A DNA stretch of 64,000 bases, taken from the IMG/VR virus record IMGVR_UViG_3300031949_000018, positions 16,495 through 80,494 of that record; one strand, given 5' to 3'. A program made the position numbers and the translations under genes. The notes beneath the pieces were generated by a model. It had not been told where the DNA came from. It was given only the letters and a program-made list of their open reading frames with translations, and did no database searches. Positions 62,711 to 64,000 of this stretch are shown here, in pieces; positions within the stretch are counted from its first letter, which is position 1; every line of letters begins with the position of its first letter. Source of the stretch: a virus. Taxonomy: Duplodnaviria; Caudoviricetes.

Positions 62711-64000
62711 CTAATGATGGGTCACCGAGATTCTATCCTGGTTGTGGGTCACCGAGATTCTATCCTGGGTGGTCATCTCGATCTTTCCGTCAGCCCCAGC
62801 CACCTGGGAGATCCTCATGGTGTCTGTCCTCGGCGTGATGTTCACCTTCATCAGAGGAGGTGCCGACGAGGTGATGAACGAGATGAACTCGGCTTCTCCG
62901 ATGCCTGGCGCGTCCCCGACGGCCATCGCCGTGGAGGATCCGATGAACTCTAGAATACCTATGCCATCAGCCTGGCCCGCTCCTCCTGAGATCGCCGAGC
63001 CGATCGACGCCGCGGTTCCTGCACCGGCCGACGCCGCGGCCCCAGTTGTTATTCCTGTTCCTACGACGATCGACGCCCCTGTCCCTGCCGACGCACCTGC
63101 ACCAACCGCGGTGGATTCCCCAACACCGGCACTAGTTCCTGTCCCTGCCGAGGCGCCTACACCGGTTCCGATGGCCGCACCCGTCGCAGACGCCGCCCCA
63201 GTTCCATCAGATGCCGCGGTCGCTGCCGCGGTCGCTGCCCCGACGACGGACGAGGCTCCGATTCCTGTAGACGCGGCCACCGTAGTAGCGGTTGATGAAC
63301 CTACTCCAGTCGATGACCCGATTCCGTCCGCCGCTCCAGCGGCGGACTGAATTCCGCCGTCTGCCGTCGTCCCGTCGGCGAGCGCCTCCCCAGTTCCGGC
63401 TGCCGCTCCCGTAGAAGCCGCCGTTGATATTCCCGTTCCAGACACATCGCCTACGCCGGCTGCCGTTCCCGTAGAAGCCGCCGTCGATATGCCTGTTCCT
63501 GATGCCGCGCCTACGCCTGCAGATGCTCCCGTAGAAGCCGCGGTCGATGATCCTGTTCCTAGTGCCGCTCCGGTTCCCGACGCCGCCCCAGCCGACGCCG
63601 CCGTGGATGCCCCGACTACCACGGAGGCACCAGTTCCGGTTGCCGCTCCCGCAGAAGCCGCCGTTGAGATTCCTACGGAGGCTGCCGCTCCTACTCCGGC
63701 CGCGCTGGCGACTCCGTCGGTGATCGCGGTTCCCACGACGACCGAGGCTCCAGTTCCCGCCGTGTCGCCGGCCGATGCCGCGGTAGAGATACCTACCCCG
63801 GACGCGTCTCCTACGCCTGCGGCAGCACCTGCAGACGCGGCCGTGCTGGAGCCTATGGCTAGGGCTTCTCCTATTCCTGTTGATGTTCCTGCCGACGCCG
63901 CCGTAGATGAACCTACGGCCGCCGCTGCTCCGACGCCGGACGCTGCTCCTACCGCAGCTGAGAATCCTACCCCCACGGCTGTCGCTGTGCCTGCCCCGGC
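62711..64000 (-). CDS. Ala/Gly/Ser/Thr-rich 20-aa repeat protein (putative beta-solenoid virion protein); 5' end outside the window
   Basis: STAAS(A/T)G recurs every 20 aa; 60-nt DNA periodicity at 63411, 63471 and 63531; the frame is open to the window end. Confidence 0.75.
   Translation of the reverse strand, partial: AGAGTATAVGVGFSAAVGAASGVGAAAAVGSSTAASAGTSTGIGEALAIGSSTAASAGAAAGVGDASGVGISTAASAGDTAGTGASVVVGTAITDGVASAAGVGAAASVGISTAASAGAATGTGASVVVGASTAASAGAASGTGAALGTGSSTAASTGASAGVGAASGTGISTAASTGTAAGVGDVSGTGISTAASTGAAAGTGEALADGTTADGGIQSAAGAADGIGSSTGVGSSTATTVAASTGIGASSVVGAATAAATAASDGTGAASATGAAIGTGVGASAGTGTSAGVGESTAVGAGASAGTGASIVVGTGITTGAAASAGAGTAASIGSAISGGAGQADGIGILEFIGSSTAMAVGDAPGIGEAEFISFITSSAPPLMKVNITPRTDTMRISQVAGADGKIEMTTQDRISVTHNQDRISVTHH

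Noticed and set aside
1-64000. Genome-wide UGA-to-Trp recoding (genetic code 4/25)
   Set aside because: Core genes (e.g. gp44, uvsW, gp13) end at TGA, often in ATGA overlaps, and long core ORFs have no internal TGA. UGA is therefore a normal stop and the two internal cases are local.

Overview
This is a 64 kb segment of a lytic, GC-rich T4-superfamily (Tevenvirinae-like) myophage genome, with almost all genes on the minus strand. The host cannot be determined from this window. From left to right it contains: (1) replication genes gp43, regA, gp62, gp44 and gp45, with an ExbB/ExbD-like three-gene membrane cassette beside gp43; (2) a cytosine-hypermodification cluster (gp42-type dCMP hydroxymethylase, T4-type alpha-glucosyltransferase, a C5-MTase-like protein, a UDG-like protein, a GT-A-like protein and DUF1599); (3) an early accessory region driven by sigma70-type promoters; (4) a translation module with a short class-I release factor, 8 canonical-fold tRNAs, 3 atypical tRNA-like genes, an RNase H-like protein and a peptide deformylase; (5) lysis genes; (6) gp46, gp47, uvsY, gp55 and uvsW; and (7) the head, neck and tail module (gp3, 23, 22, 21, 20, 19, 18, 17, 16, 15, 14, 13), interleaved with many capsid-targeted internal proteins and homing endonucleases. 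The most notable observation is that the release-factor gene is interrupted by an in-frame UGA at a position where RF1/RF2 usually have Trp, and lies 16 nt downstream of a tRNA-Trp(CCA). A second gene also has an in-frame UGA. Other highlights are two tRNA-Arg-like genes lacking a D-arm with a D-loop-like motif moved 3' of the anticodon arm, modular internal-head polyproteins, and a GH24 lysozyme with a natural Thr-to-His change in the catalytic triad. All family assignments come from motif recognition by eye; no database searches were run.
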